A stretch of DNA of 64,000 bases, from positions 3,206 through 67,205 of the forward strand of contig CAKVOK010000008.1 of assembly GCA_934792465.1 (NCBI GenBank), read 5' to 3'. The translations under genes and the position numbers were made by a program. Shown here piece by piece: positions 17,379-27,364 of the stretch. Within the stretch, counting starts at the first letter, position 1. Each line of letters starts with the position of its first letter. The stretch is from an uncultured Clostridia bacterium. GTDB lineage: Bacteria; Bacillota; Clostridia; RUG12999. Under the pieces are notes generated by a model, which was given only the letters and a program-made list of their open reading frames with translations, searched no databases and was not told the origin of the DNA.

Positions 17379-19520
17379 TTAATATACAATTGTCGTAATG
17401 CCTGTATTAAGCCGGATTTCCTTTCCGCCACTGCGCAAAACGGTGTTAATGCCGTCGGGAATTTCGACTTTGATACAGCTTTCGCTGTATTCAACGGAAA
17501 TTCTTCCTTTTACCGTTGTAATGCTGCCTTTTGCCGTTTTTATAACGTCACGGCACACAGGCTCGATTATGACATTTTCGTATGCAACGGAATTTGCCGC
17601 CTGTCTGATACCGAGAATATATTCATATAAATAGCGGGTAACCGCTCCGAACATCGGATGACACTGTGATCGAACGCCGTTCCAGTATTCTTTGAGCGTA
17701 GTAGCTCCGCCTTTCATCTGACTGTAAAATGAAATGTCTTTTTCCGACGTGAGCAGTGAAACCGCCGTATGCGCATAACCGTTTTTAAACAGGATTCTCG
17801 TTAATATATCCGTTCCGAAAATACCCGTATCGTAATATCCGTTTTGGTTGTATTTTTCAACGGTATTTTTGAGCGTCCGTTCGTCGCCGATACCCAAATC
17901 TACAGCATAGGCGTTCGAGCCTTGCTCATCGTTTGCGAAGTTCCCGGTGCTTTCATCAAAATAATTGCGTATCAACGCACTCTTTTTCTTTTCAATACGT
18001 TCGCTCAGCATATCGTCATTTTCATGAATGTTGAGTATATTGCCTATCTCGATTATTTGAAGCATTGATTTTATATAAAAATACGTGTTTACAAACGGCT
18101 CGGGGATTATCATGCCGCCGAATTTGTTAAGGCTGTCCTGCGCCGGTGCGCACCAGTCGCCCAGACACCATGCATTTTCCATATCGGAAGTCACAAGCTC
18201 GTTTTCGCTGTGATTTTCCATAAATTCAAGCCATTTTATCATGTGCGGATACATATCACGCAATATCTCCGTATCTCCGCACGCCCTGTAATATTCGTAA
18301 GGAACGTTTACAACGGCGCAGCCCCAGCCGCCCGGACCTCCGCCGGAGGGTGTGAAAGGAGCGGTGTATTGAATATGTCCCGTCTTTCTGTCCTGACAGT
18401 CCGCAATATCATATATCCATTTTTTATAGAACTTCAATGCGTCAAGCTGCATTAATGCAGCACCGCACGTCAGCTGACCGTCGCCTGTGTAACCTCGGCG
18501 TTCCGTATGCGGACAGTCCGACGGTATGCCGCAATGCATATTATCAAGCTGTGTACGTACATACGCTTTTGCAAGCCAGTTTAAAACTTCAACATCGCAC
18601 TCGAATTCGGAGGTTACGGCAACGTCACTGTGAATAACGTCACATTCTGTCACTTCGGCTTCTCCGATTACTTCAAAATAGCGGAAACAAAGCCATGTAA
18701 ACCGAGGGTAAAGCATACGGTTTTCGCCGTTTATATATGTAGTATGCTGGTTGTATACATTTTCCTCACACAGCGTGCCGTCCTCGTTCAGCAATTCGCC
18801 GTAGCGAACCGTTATTTTCGCCGACAACCCCTTTAATATGGGGTATCCCGAAATTATTTCGCCGACGTCATATATGTTTTTGCCTATTTTCTTCGGCATG
18901 ATGCATCGGATAACCCTGTCAGGCGGACAGTCCTGAATGTATAACGATGTTTCGGGCGCTTTGCGAATCTCCACAGGCTTTGCCGACGCATTTCCATACG
19001 AGCCGTAATCGTGCGTTTCGCCGAGAGTAAGACTGTATTCCGTTATATATCCCGGTTTCCATGTTTCGCCGCCGTCGGAACAAACAGTGCGTGTAATTTC
19101 GTTTTTGTTTATGTATTCAGCTTTCCAGCATATTTGGACTTTGCCGTAGTCGTAGTCGCAGCCTCGCATTTCATACCAGCCGCCGCCCATAACAAAACAT
19201 ATCGCATTTGTTTCACGATCAAGATATTCCGAAATGTCGTATACGGGGCAGTATAAGCGATGCCCGAGGCTTTCTTTAAAAGGAATATCGTTAAAGATAA
19301 GCTTATCCCTTTCGTGAAAATCCGTATTCAGCGGAAGAAACAAATCGTTTCCCACTTTTCTGCCGTTTATGAAAAGCTCAAACATTCCGAGAGAGCCTAT
19401 TGTTATTTTTACGGTTTCGCCGTTTGCGGATGGCAGCGAGGAATAAATCATCGGGGATATACATTCCTCCGACGGTGCAATCCACACAGCCTTGCCGAAC
19501 TCGGCTTTTTTATATGCCAT
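17379..19520 (-). CDS. Glycoside hydrolase family 78 (alpha-L-rhamnosidase-like)
   Basis: Bac_rhamnosid_N-like FELFINGRKVGNDLFLPLNTDF. Six-hairpin catalytic-domain motif IPSDCPHTERRGYTGDGQ. GGAG sits 6 nt before the ATG at 19520. Confidence 0.75.
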   Translation of the reverse strand: MAYKKAEFGKAVWIAPSEECISPMIYSSLPSANGETVKITIGSLGMFELFINGRKVGNDLFLPLNTDFHERDKLIFNDIPFKESLGHRLYCPVYDISEYLDRETNAICFVMGGGWYEMRGCDYDYGKVQICWKAEYINKNEITRTVCSDGGETWKPGYITEYSLTLGETHDYGSYGNASAKPVEIRKAPETSLYIQDCPPDRVIRCIMPKKIGKNIYDVGEIISGYPILKGLSAKITVRYGELLNEDGTLCEENVYNQHTTYINGENRMLYPRFTWLCFRYFEVIGEAEVTECDVIHSDVAVTSEFECDVEVLNWLAKAYVRTQLDNMHCGIPSDCPHTERRGYTGDGQLTCGAALMQLDALKFYKKWIYDIADCQDRKTGHIQYTAPFTPSGGGPGGWGCAVVNVPYEYYRACGDTEILRDMYPHMIKWLEFMENHSENELVTSDMENAWCLGDWCAPAQDSLNKFGGMIIPEPFVNTYFYIKSMLQIIEIGNILNIHENDDMLSERIEKKKSALIRNYFDESTGNFANDEQGSNAYAVDLGIGDERTLKNTVEKYNQNGYYDTGIFGTDILTRILFKNGYAHTAVSLLTSEKDISFYSQMKGGATTLKEYWNGVRSQCHPMFGAVTRYLYEYILGIRQAANSVAYENVIIEPVCRDVIKTAKGSITTVKGRISVEYSESCIKVEIPDGINTVLRSGGKEIRLNTGITTIVY

Positions 19521-19609
19521 AATAATCTCCGTTCCGCCGCTGCGCTTCGGCAAATAGTAATGAAACCAATCTCCCTCGGCGCAGTAAAAGAAACGGGGGA
19601 GATTATTAT
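19518..19609 (-). promoter_or_regulatory. Structured 5' leader of the GH78 gene with a 12-nt anti-SD element
   Basis: Minus-strand RNA AUAAUAAUCUCC (19609-19598) is a perfect complement of GGAGAUUAUUAU (19530-19519), which covers the SD and the first 2 nt of the start codon. A decoy GGGAGAUU (19575-19568) lies between them. Confidence 0.5.
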
Positions 19610-19630
19610 TTTCTGAAATATTGCAATTTT

Positions 19631-19659
19631 ATTGTAGCATATACATAAATATATGTCAA
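19631..19659 (-). promoter_or_regulatory. Sigma-A promoter of the GH78 gene
   Basis: On the minus strand: TTGACA (19659-19654), 17 bp, TACAAT (19636-19631). Confidence 0.55.
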
Positions 19660-19702
19660 TTTGTTGTTCGGAAAGGGGTCGATTCATGCTTGAAAATTCG
19701 TT

Positions 19703-20590
19703 TTATCCTTTTACCGCACCTATCATAACGCCTTTTACAAAATATTTCTGTATAAACGGGTATACACATAAAATAGGAAGCGTTGCTATGACGATAACGG
19801 CATATTTAATGCTTTCACCAATCATTTCTTTGTCGCCGTCGGCTACGCCCTGCGTCATGGAAGCGGTATCGTTCGCAATGAGAATTTGTCTGAGTACGAG
19901 CTGCAAAGGCCATTTTTCCGCACTGCCCTGGAGGAATATGGAAGCGTTGAACCAGCCGTTCCAATATCCTACACCGTAATAAAGTGCGATAACTGCCAGG
20001 CTTGCCTTGGAAAGAGGTATCATTATTTTAAATAATATCGTAAAATGTCCCGCTCCGTCAATAAATGCGCTTTCCTCAAGCGAGGTGGGAACGGAGGCAA
20101 ACGCCGTGCGCAGAATTATCATGTTGTATGTGTTTATTGCCGTGGGAATTATCAGCGACCACAAGCTTCCCGTGAGATTAGCTTCTTTAACAACAAGGTA
20201 AAAGGGGATAAGTCCGCCGGAAAACCACATTGTAAACATTATAAGTATTGTTATCGGTTTTAAGAAGAATACGTCTTTTCTCGAAAGAAAATACGCACCT
20301 ACAGACGACAGCGCAAGGCTGATTATAACGCCGAAAACCAATATAAATAATGTGTTCATATATCCGCTGACGATACTCGGATTCTTAAACGCTTTCACAT
20401 ATGCGTCCGTGGTGAAATTGAGCGGACGAAGCAATATTCCGCCGCCGAGCCTTGTCAGCGCGGCAGAATCCGAAAACGACGCAAATAATACGTATAACAG
20501 CGGATACAGCGTAATTATTACCATAAAAATCATAAAAACGGTGTTAAATATTTCAAATGCAATTCTTGATTTGCTTTCTTTTATTTTCAT
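19703..20590 (-). CDS. Carbohydrate ABC transporter permease (LplC/MalG-like)
   Basis: Six-TM protein with the EAA loop ESAFIDGAGHFTILFKIMIPLSK. It is adjacent to an LplB-like permease. Confidence 0.9.
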   Translation of the reverse strand: MKIKESKSRIAFEIFNTVFMIFMVIITLYPLLYVLFASFSDSAALTRLGGGILLRPLNFTTDAYVKAFKNPSIVSGYMNTLFILVFGVIISLALSSVGAYFLSRKDVFFLKPITILIMFTMWFSGGLIPFYLVVKEANLTGSLWSLIIPTAINTYNMIILRTAFASVPTSLEESAFIDGAGHFTILFKIMIPLSKASLAVIALYYGVGYWNGWFNASIFLQGSAEKWPLQLVLRQILIANDTASMTQGVADGDKEMIGESIKYAVIVIATLPILCVYPFIQKYFVKGVMIGAVKG

Positions 20591-20602
20591 GAAAAATCCC
20601 CC

Positions 20603-21547
20603 TTACCATAAGCTGGTTTCGCTTATGCGGCGGCTGATTGAGTTTGCGCCGATAACGAAAATACAATTTATCAGCGAATTAAAAAGACCTGCCGCTGTCG
20701 CAAGACCGTATTCGCCTCCGCCGATACCTTTTTTGTAAATATAGTAGGAAAGAACTTCGGAGGTCTGCGCATTGTATGCATTTGTAAGAAGAATTATTTT
20801 TTCGTATCCTACGGAAAGTATACCGCCGAGGCGCAGTATGAACAGCGTTATTATCGTCGGCAGAATACTCGGCAGCGTAATGCTGAGAGTCTGGCGGAAA
20901 CGTCCGGCACCGTCGATTTTCGCCGCTTCGTAGAGCGACTGGTCAACACCGGCAAGCGCCGCTATGTATATAATGGAACCCCATCCCACTTCCTGCCATA
21001 TATCCGATATAATGTATATCGGAACGAAAAGAGAAGCATTGTTAAGCAAGGATTCTTCCGGATAGTTTCCGCTTATCGCTCCGATAACGGAGGAAACTAT
21101 GCCGGTTGACGATACAAAGCTTTTTACCATCGAGCATATAACAACCAACGAAATAAAATGCGGCATATATGTAATCGTCTGCACGAACTTTGAAAAATAT
21201 TTTGTACGCAGTTCGTTTATCAGGAGCGCCAGAATAATGGGTGCCGGAAATCCGAAAACTATACTTGCCAAGCTTATCGTTACTGTATTTACGATGTTTC
21301 GCATGAAATACGGGTCGGCAAAAAATCTTCTGAAATTTTCAAATCCTACCCAAGTGCTGCCCGATATTCCTTTTCGCATACTGAAATCCTGAAAAGATAT
21401 GAGAATACCGTACATCGGCTTATAGCAAAAATAAATATAAAACAACAGCACAGGTATCATCATGAGATAAAGAGGTGCGTTTTTGTGCATATCTCTTTTT
21501 AGAACTTCAGACAATGTTTTGTTGCCGTATGATTTAAGTCTGATCAT
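20603..21547 (-). CDS. Carbohydrate ABC transporter permease (LplB-like)
   Basis: EAA loop EAAKIDGAGRFRQTLSITLPS and polytopic topology. AGGAG lies before the ATG at 21547. Confidence 0.9.
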   Translation of the reverse strand: MIRLKSYGNKTLSEVLKRDMHKNAPLYLMMIPVLLFYIYFCYKPMYGILISFQDFSMRKGISGSTWVGFENFRRFFADPYFMRNIVNTVTISLASIVFGFPAPIILALLINELRTKYFSKFVQTITYMPHFISLVVICSMVKSFVSSTGIVSSVIGAISGNYPEESLLNNASLFVPIYIISDIWQEVGWGSIIYIAALAGVDQSLYEAAKIDGAGRFRQTLSITLPSILPTIITLFILRLGGILSVGYEKIILLTNAYNAQTSEVLSYYIYKKGIGGGEYGLATAAGLFNSLINCIFVIGANSISRRISETSLW

Positions 21548-21631
21548 AGTTATCTCCTTGTCTGCCGCCCTGCACGGCAAAAAAATTACTTAACCACCTT
21601 TTGCAGGGCAGAAAAAGGGGATTAGTGAGAG

Positions 21632-21663
21632 TGGCAATGTGCAAAGTTCAATGCACATTGCCA
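21632..21663 (-). other. Intercistronic 12-bp stem-loop downstream of the SBP gene
   Basis: TGGCAATGTGCA / TGCACATTGCCA perfect inverted repeat with an 8-nt loop and no U-run. It probably acts as an mRNA stabiliser or partial attenuator between the SBP and permease genes. Confidence 0.4.
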
Positions 21664-21675
21664 ATTTATCAATGC

Positions 21676-23286
21676 TTATTTCGCTCTGGCTTTAGACCTG
21701 TCGTATGCACTCTGAACGATTTTAATAACATCTTCGATTCCCATTCTCTTAAGCTCGGAATAGTACTCGTCAAGCTTGTTTATGTTCATTTTGCCCGAAA
21801 TAAGCTTCATCATTGTTTCTTTCTGATATGTTTCTATAGGCGTCATCATATCATTGTATTTTTTCTGTTCCTCGCTTGTGTAATAAAGGGGAGGAAGCTT
21901 GTAGTCGTATGTATCGGACGACGTGAGCTCAAGAGCTTCTTTCTGCTCGTCTGTCTGATAATACTGATATACATATTCAATATCCGCTATAAAAGGACCG
22001 CTGAGCGCCGCACGTGTATATTTCGATATACCCTGTGCGAGAGTAAGACCGCCGTTTTTGCTGCTATCGGTTACGAGAGCCGTATATGTCGGAATATGCT
22101 TGCCTCTTTCGCTGTCCTGATATGTGAATGATTCGTTTTCAACACCGAAATTATAAAGAAGCGAGCCTTCTTTGCTATAGCCGAAATCGAGGAAACGTGC
22201 CGCAATTTCTTTATTTTTTGAGGTTCCGGAAATGGCTGCGCAGTCGAGTGCCGGCCAGTCCTTTTGGCTCCACATCGGTCTGTCGCCTTTGTTTTTCACA
22301 GGGGTTTTCATACCCTCGTATTCAATGCCGCTGTCCGGAAGAATAGATTTTATGTAGTTGCCGAATTCGCCGCCGATTGTTGCGTCTATAACGCCGTTTT
22401 CGCCGTTTGTAACCATTGCCGCACGGCGGTTTTCGTCCTCGTCCGCAAATTCCTTGTCGAGTATTCCGTCTTTATACCATTGATTCAGTTTTTTAACATA
22501 ATCGCCGAAAGCTTCTTCGTAAAGGCCGTATTTAACCTTGCCGTCTTTGTCGTGGTAGAAAGTTCCGGCAAATCCGAATGCCGACGTCAGCGGCGAAAGG
22601 CTTGCCATTTGGCTCATGCGTAGAGAAAGAGGAGATTTTATTCCCATATCCTTAAATTTGTAGAGTGCCGTTTCGAGTTCGTCCAATGTTTCGGGACGTT
22701 TAAGACCTGCTTTGTCGAGCAAATCTTTTCGGATTATATATGTTCTGAACGAAGCCTGTATTTCGTTCGGACGGATAAACGGATACTGGAAGTAGTTTCC
22801 GTCATCTGTTTTTATAAAGTTTTCGTAATCCGGATTTTCCTTCAAAACCTTTTTGAGGTTCGGAGAAACCTTGTCGATATAAGAATTGAGGTTTGCGATA
22901 ACGCCTTCGTCAATAGCTTTTTGAGGTCCGCCGGCATATGTGCTCCAGCTGTATTCCATGATGTCCGGCAGGTCGTCGGAGCTTATGAGTATATTGAACG
23001 ATTCGGTTTCCTGTCCGGAAACGGGGTGTTCGAATTTAAGCTTTATACCCGTTGCTTCTTCAAGATATTTTTTTATTTCCGTATCGTTGAAGCTTGTGCA
23101 GCTTGCGCTTATGTGCGGATGCATACTCATCCAATATCTCAGAGTAACGTCTGTCTTGATAGGATAGCTGTCCGAAGTAGTAACTTTTTCAAGCGTATCG
23201 CTGTCGGATGTATTGTTGTCGGTGTTCTTGCAGCCGCCGCATACGAGCATCGAAGCGACAAGAACAAGAGTCAGAATTTTCTTCAT
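21676..23286 (-). CDS. Extracellular solute-binding lipoprotein (LplA-type, large family-1 SBP)
   Basis: Signal peptide plus lipobox LVCGGC. The 536-aa size and operon with LplB/LplC-like permeases fit this type. Confidence 0.85.
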   Translation of the reverse strand: MKKILTLVLVASMLVCGGCKNTDNNTSDSDTLEKVTTSDSYPIKTDVTLRYWMSMHPHISASCTSFNDTEIKKYLEEATGIKLKFEHPVSGQETESFNILISSDDLPDIMEYSWSTYAGGPQKAIDEGVIANLNSYIDKVSPNLKKVLKENPDYENFIKTDDGNYFQYPFIRPNEIQASFRTYIIRKDLLDKAGLKRPETLDELETALYKFKDMGIKSPLSLRMSQMASLSPLTSAFGFAGTFYHDKDGKVKYGLYEEAFGDYVKKLNQWYKDGILDKEFADEDENRRAAMVTNGENGVIDATIGGEFGNYIKSILPDSGIEYEGMKTPVKNKGDRPMWSQKDWPALDCAAISGTSKNKEIAARFLDFGYSKEGSLLYNFGVENESFTYQDSERGKHIPTYTALVTDSSKNGGLTLAQGISKYTRAALSGPFIADIEYVYQYYQTDEQKEALELTSSDTYDYKLPPLYYTSEEQKKYNDMMTPIETYQKETMMKLISGKMNINKLDEYYSELKRMGIEDVIKIVQSAYDRSKARAK

Positions 23287-23392
23287 GATAAAATCTCCTT
23301 TGCGAATATTTTTTCTTAATCACATTGTATCACTAAAAAATGTTTTAGTAAACACGTTTTTTTTGCGAATAGACCTCAATTTTTATCATTTA

Positions 23393-23433
23393 CAAAAAAA
23401 TACCGTATAAAGGCATGTTTTGCCCTTATACGG
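23393..23433 (-). terminator. Rho-independent terminator after the AraC-type regulator
   Basis: Minus-strand hairpin CCGTATAAGGG...CCTTTATACGG (23433-23403) followed by a U-run (A-run 23394-23400 on the plus strand). Confidence 0.6.
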
Positions 23434-23443
23434 CTGTATAGAT

Positions 23444-25603
23444 TCAGTCTATTCTTTTTAAATAATCACTCGGCGACATACCTGTGTTTTTTATGAAAAT
23501 TCGGGTTAAGCTGTCCGCACTGTTAAGACCTACAAGCGAAGCAACATCTTTGATTTTCACAAACGGATTTTGCTCCATGATTTCCTTTGCTTTCAAAAAT
23601 CTGTAGTTTGAAAGAGTGTCCTTGAAATTGTAGCCGGTCAGCTGCTTGAATAATCTGCTCACATACGATTGCGACATATTAAGATGCTCCGCAAGGTCGA
23701 GCAAGGATATATCTTTTTGGTAATTGCTGTGTATAAAGTCAATCATTGCAGCACATACACGCTCATCTGAAGAAGCTTCCGTCTGCTTTATGTTTGCGAT
23801 TATGGAATCAAATATTTTTATCAGCTGCAAACAAAATTCTTCACGTGTTTTACATTCTTTCAGGTCGAGATATACAATAGTGTCCGGTGGGAGTACGTCT
23901 GCGGTCTTTTTACCTATTGTATAAAGTATACGGTTGATTGTGGAATTGAACACAATAACCATAATATCGAATTGGTCCTGCGTCATTATATCCGTGTTTA
24001 CGATTTCGTGTATGAGTGTACGCATTTTTTCGGAATTTCCCGAAAGTACGGCTTCAACAAGCGTGTTTTCGGTTGAAGGCGGATAAGAGAAAATGGCGTT
24101 GCCGTTTTCAAAATCCGACGGGGTGAGCAGCGTTGCGTGTCCGGCGAATATTCTGTTGTTGCGTATGATGTTTCTTGCGGAAAGATGCGACTTGTATATG
24201 TCCGCTGCAGAATTAACGGTTTTTCCGACTGCTCCGCAAAGCACTATATTAAGCTTGGTTTCTATGGTTAATAATGTGTGTTTCAGCTTTGCCAAAAACT
24301 CATTTTCGTTTGTTACGGATATTATAAGCGTCTGCGACCAGAAATCGGTATCTATGATTTTAAATACTTCATACGGCGGCAGCGATTTTTTTAAAAATTC
24401 CTGCACGGATTTTTTTATCGTCAGTATACCCTCTCTTGTAATTGCAGTTACAAGCTGTTTGCTGCCGGAATAATCGAGTATTGCGCAGATGTAATGTCCG
24501 TTCGGCTCTATTCCGCCGGAAGAAAGACCGCTGCGAAGTTCGCTGTCCGAGAGAGTTCCGTTCAAAAGGTTTATAAGAAACGTATTTTCTATAGGCTGCT
24601 TGTAATTTTCCATAAGCGCCGTAAGACGTGAGTTTTTCTGATTAAGAGAAAGCACGGCATTTGTAATCGAACCTATCTCATCTTCGCCGACATCGCCGCC
24701 GGCGCTGTCTATAATCTTCAAAACCTCATTTATCGGCTGATAATTCTTGTTTGTTACAACATATATGAGTATTCCGCTCAAAACAAATACGATTATAAAC
24801 AGCGGAAAAGCAAGCAGAATCGGTTTGTTCGCTTCTATAATATATTTCATGTGCGGAACATAGAATATACACCCGAAATCCGAAACGGCGTCCGAAAAAT
24901 TCAGCGAACGTGAAAGCGTAATATATTTGCTGTCGAAAGTGCTTATATTTTTGGCATCGTCCGAAGATATACTGTTATAATAAAAGGGAACGCCTTTCGC
25001 TGTTATTATGCACTTGCCGGATTCGGCGGAAATAAGATTATTTGCGTTAAACGCCGATATGTAATATATGTTTTTGCCGTTGAAATCCGCTTTTTGTATG
25101 AAATTTATTGTTTTTTCGACAGTACCGGAGACGTTTGATTCCGAAATAAATACCGTTGACGAAAGTCCGTCATCAAAATATTTTTCGGGGTTTTCCGATA
25201 TTCCGGTCATATATGCGAAATATTTTTTCGACATAGAACCCATTGTTGTTATAACATATTCGTCGTCGCTGTTGTAGCAGGCACTGTATACGTTCGACGG
25301 TGCGGTAAGATTGTTATACATAAGCAAAGAAATCTTGCTTCTTGTGTATCCGGAACTGTTGCCGGTATAGTTCAGCATATCAACCGAATTGTTCAGCATG
25401 GAAACACAGCTGTCAAAAGAGGAAAACGCAAGGTCGATTCTGTCTGCGGCGAGCGAAAAATCGTTTTCGTATGCCGACTGAATTTTTGAACTGTTATATT
25501 TTGTATAAATCGAATAGACGGCTATGCAGAATATTATATTGAAAATAAAAATCAATGCAAGGTTGCGCTTCAGCGTCTGATGATAATAGCTCATTCCGTG
25601 CAT
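23444..25603 (-). CDS. Membrane-anchored AraC-family transcriptional regulator with an extracytoplasmic sensor region
   Basis: Two TM segments flank a region of about 230 aa. C-terminal AraC HTH (DISLLDLAEHLNMSQSYVSRLFKQLTGYNFKDTL...VASLVGLNSADSLTRIFIKNTGMSPSDY). AGGAGA sits 7 nt before the ATG. Confidence 0.8.
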   Translation of the reverse strand: MHGMSYYHQTLKRNLALIFIFNIIFCIAVYSIYTKYNSSKIQSAYENDFSLAADRIDLAFSSFDSCVSMLNNSVDMLNYTGNSSGYTRSKISLLMYNNLTAPSNVYSACYNSDDEYVITTMGSMSKKYFAYMTGISENPEKYFDDGLSSTVFISESNVSGTVEKTINFIQKADFNGKNIYYISAFNANNLISAESGKCIITAKGVPFYYNSISSDDAKNISTFDSKYITLSRSLNFSDAVSDFGCIFYVPHMKYIIEANKPILLAFPLFIIVFVLSGILIYVVTNKNYQPINEVLKIIDSAGGDVGEDEIGSITNAVLSLNQKNSRLTALMENYKQPIENTFLINLLNGTLSDSELRSGLSSGGIEPNGHYICAILDYSGSKQLVTAITREGILTIKKSVQEFLKKSLPPYEVFKIIDTDFWSQTLIISVTNENEFLAKLKHTLLTIETKLNIVLCGAVGKTVNSAADIYKSHLSARNIIRNNRIFAGHATLLTPSDFENGNAIFSYPPSTENTLVEAVLSGNSEKMRTLIHEIVNTDIMTQDQFDIMVIVFNSTINRILYTIGKKTADVLPPDTIVYLDLKECKTREEFCLQLIKIFDSIIANIKQTEASSDERVCAAMIDFIHSNYQKDISLLDLAEHLNMSQSYVSRLFKQLTGYNFKDTLSNYRFLKAKEIMEQNPFVKIKDVASLVGLNSADSLTRIFIKNTGMSPSDYLKRID

Positions 25604-25817
25604 ATATTTTTCTCCTTTCGGTTTTAGACTGTGTTATTATTGTACCACCCAAAATCAAAATTGTCAAGTGTTTTTTGTATGGCTAAACCTGTATATTTAC
25701 GCCTTAAATTTGCAAAAAGCAAAAAATCGGGGTAAATGTAAAATTGTTGATGTTGAAAAAAATCGGCATATGGTATACAATATATACAGAACGTTTGTTG
25801 TGAAGTGAGGACTCATT

Positions 25818-27308
25818 ATGAAAAAATTTAAAAAGATAATTGCAGCGGCACTTGCTCTTTGCATGACGGGCTGTTCCATGCCGGGCAGTAAACATACATT
25901 AACAATACATATGAACTTTTTCGGTTATTGTGTATATAACAACGATTGGCCGATATTTAAAGAAGCCGAAAAGAAAACGGGCATAGCACTGAAAGGAACT
26001 ACGGATAATGTAAACAGCTTTACGGCATTTAATACAATGCTTTCGTCAAAGAAGCTGCCGGATATAATTCACTTCCAGGCCGATTACCTTAATAAAGCGG
26101 GTCAAAAAGGTTCGCTTATTCCTCTCAACGATTTGATTGAGGAACACGCACCGCATATTAAAGAAATATTTGATAAGTATGAGTATATAAAGAACGCAGT
26201 CACTGCGCCGGACGGAAATATTTATTATATACCGTATCTGGCATTCGACCCGAAAGACAGTATTCAGCCTTCAAAAGCGTTTTTCATACGAACGGATTGG
26301 TTGGATAAACTCGGACTTGAAACACCGAAAACCGTTGACGAATATAAAAACGTGCTAAAAGCATTTAAAGAGGGCGACCCGAACGGCAACGGTCTTGCGG
26401 ACGAAGTACCGTACTTTGAACGCGGAGATGAATTTATAGGACTTTATCAGCTGTTCGGTGCGAAAGTCGATTTTAATATATATAACAGCGATACCGTGAA
26501 AAGAGGGGAAATACAGCCGGAATTTAAAAATGCCGTAAAAAACCTCGCGCAGTGGTATAAAGAGGGGCTTGTATACAGCGAAATTTATACGAGCGGGCAG
26601 AGCGTTCTCGACCAGCTGTTTTCCGATAACAGAGCCGGTTCGACATTCGACTGGATTTCTTCCACATCATCATACAACGGACTGTATGCGAAGAGTATTC
26701 CCGGGCTTAAATTCGAATCCATGCTTCCTCCGGCAGATATAAACGGCAATGTCAAATGCGATATTTCGCGTTCCTGTGTAAATAACCTCGGCTGGGGAAT
26801 TTCAAAGGATAATAAATATCCCGAACAGACTATGAAATATTTTGATTTCTGGATGAGTAAGGAGGGCGAAATTCTCCAAAGCTACGGAGTTGAAAATGTT
26901 CATTATACGAAAGAAAACGGAAAATATAAGTATAAAAAAGAGGTTCTGAATGCAAAAGGCGGAGTGCCGACATATATGAGAACGCAGGGTCAGGTAGAAA
27001 TAGGCGTTGTACGAGATATAAATTCGGAAATACTCGGAATGAATAAAATAGGCAGACAAGCTTTTGAAAGTTATAAAGGCGTTATCAGGGAAGCAATGCC
27101 GTATCTGCCGTTTTCAAGCAGTGAACAGGAAATAATAGACAAATATCTTCCGCCGATAGAATTGTATATAGATAAAAGCGTTCGTTCTTGGATAATGGGA
27201 AACAGTGACGTGGAAAGCGAATGGGACGAATATCTGAAAGAAATAGACCGGCTCGGAATGAATAAGATTGAGAAAATTTACAATGCCGCATATGTGCGGT
27301 ACAATTAA
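25818..27308 (+). CDS. Extracellular solute-binding lipoprotein (orphan carbohydrate-type SBP)
   Basis: Lipobox ALCMTGCS. The 496-aa family-1 SBP-like sequence (KKLPDIIHF..., DPNGNGLADEVPY) has no adjacent permeases on this strand. Confidence 0.8.
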   Translation: MKKFKKIIAAALALCMTGCSMPGSKHTLTIHMNFFGYCVYNNDWPIFKEAEKKTGIALKGTTDNVNSFTAFNTMLSSKKLPDIIHFQADYLNKAGQKGSLIPLNDLIEEHAPHIKEIFDKYEYIKNAVTAPDGNIYYIPYLAFDPKDSIQPSKAFFIRTDWLDKLGLETPKTVDEYKNVLKAFKEGDPNGNGLADEVPYFERGDEFIGLYQLFGAKVDFNIYNSDTVKRGEIQPEFKNAVKNLAQWYKEGLVYSEIYTSGQSVLDQLFSDNRAGSTFDWISSTSSYNGLYAKSIPGLKFESMLPPADINGNVKCDISRSCVNNLGWGISKDNKYPEQTMKYFDFWMSKEGEILQSYGVENVHYTKENGKYKYKKEVLNAKGGVPTYMRTQGQVEIGVVRDINSEILGMNKIGRQAFESYKGVIREAMPYLPFSSSEQEIIDKYLPPIELYIDKSVRSWIMGNSDVESEWDEYLKEIDRLGMNKIEKIYNAAYVRYN

Positions 27309-27364
27309 AATGTATTTAACGGCACGTGCCGATTAAATAATATAATAAAAGGAGAGGATAAAAA

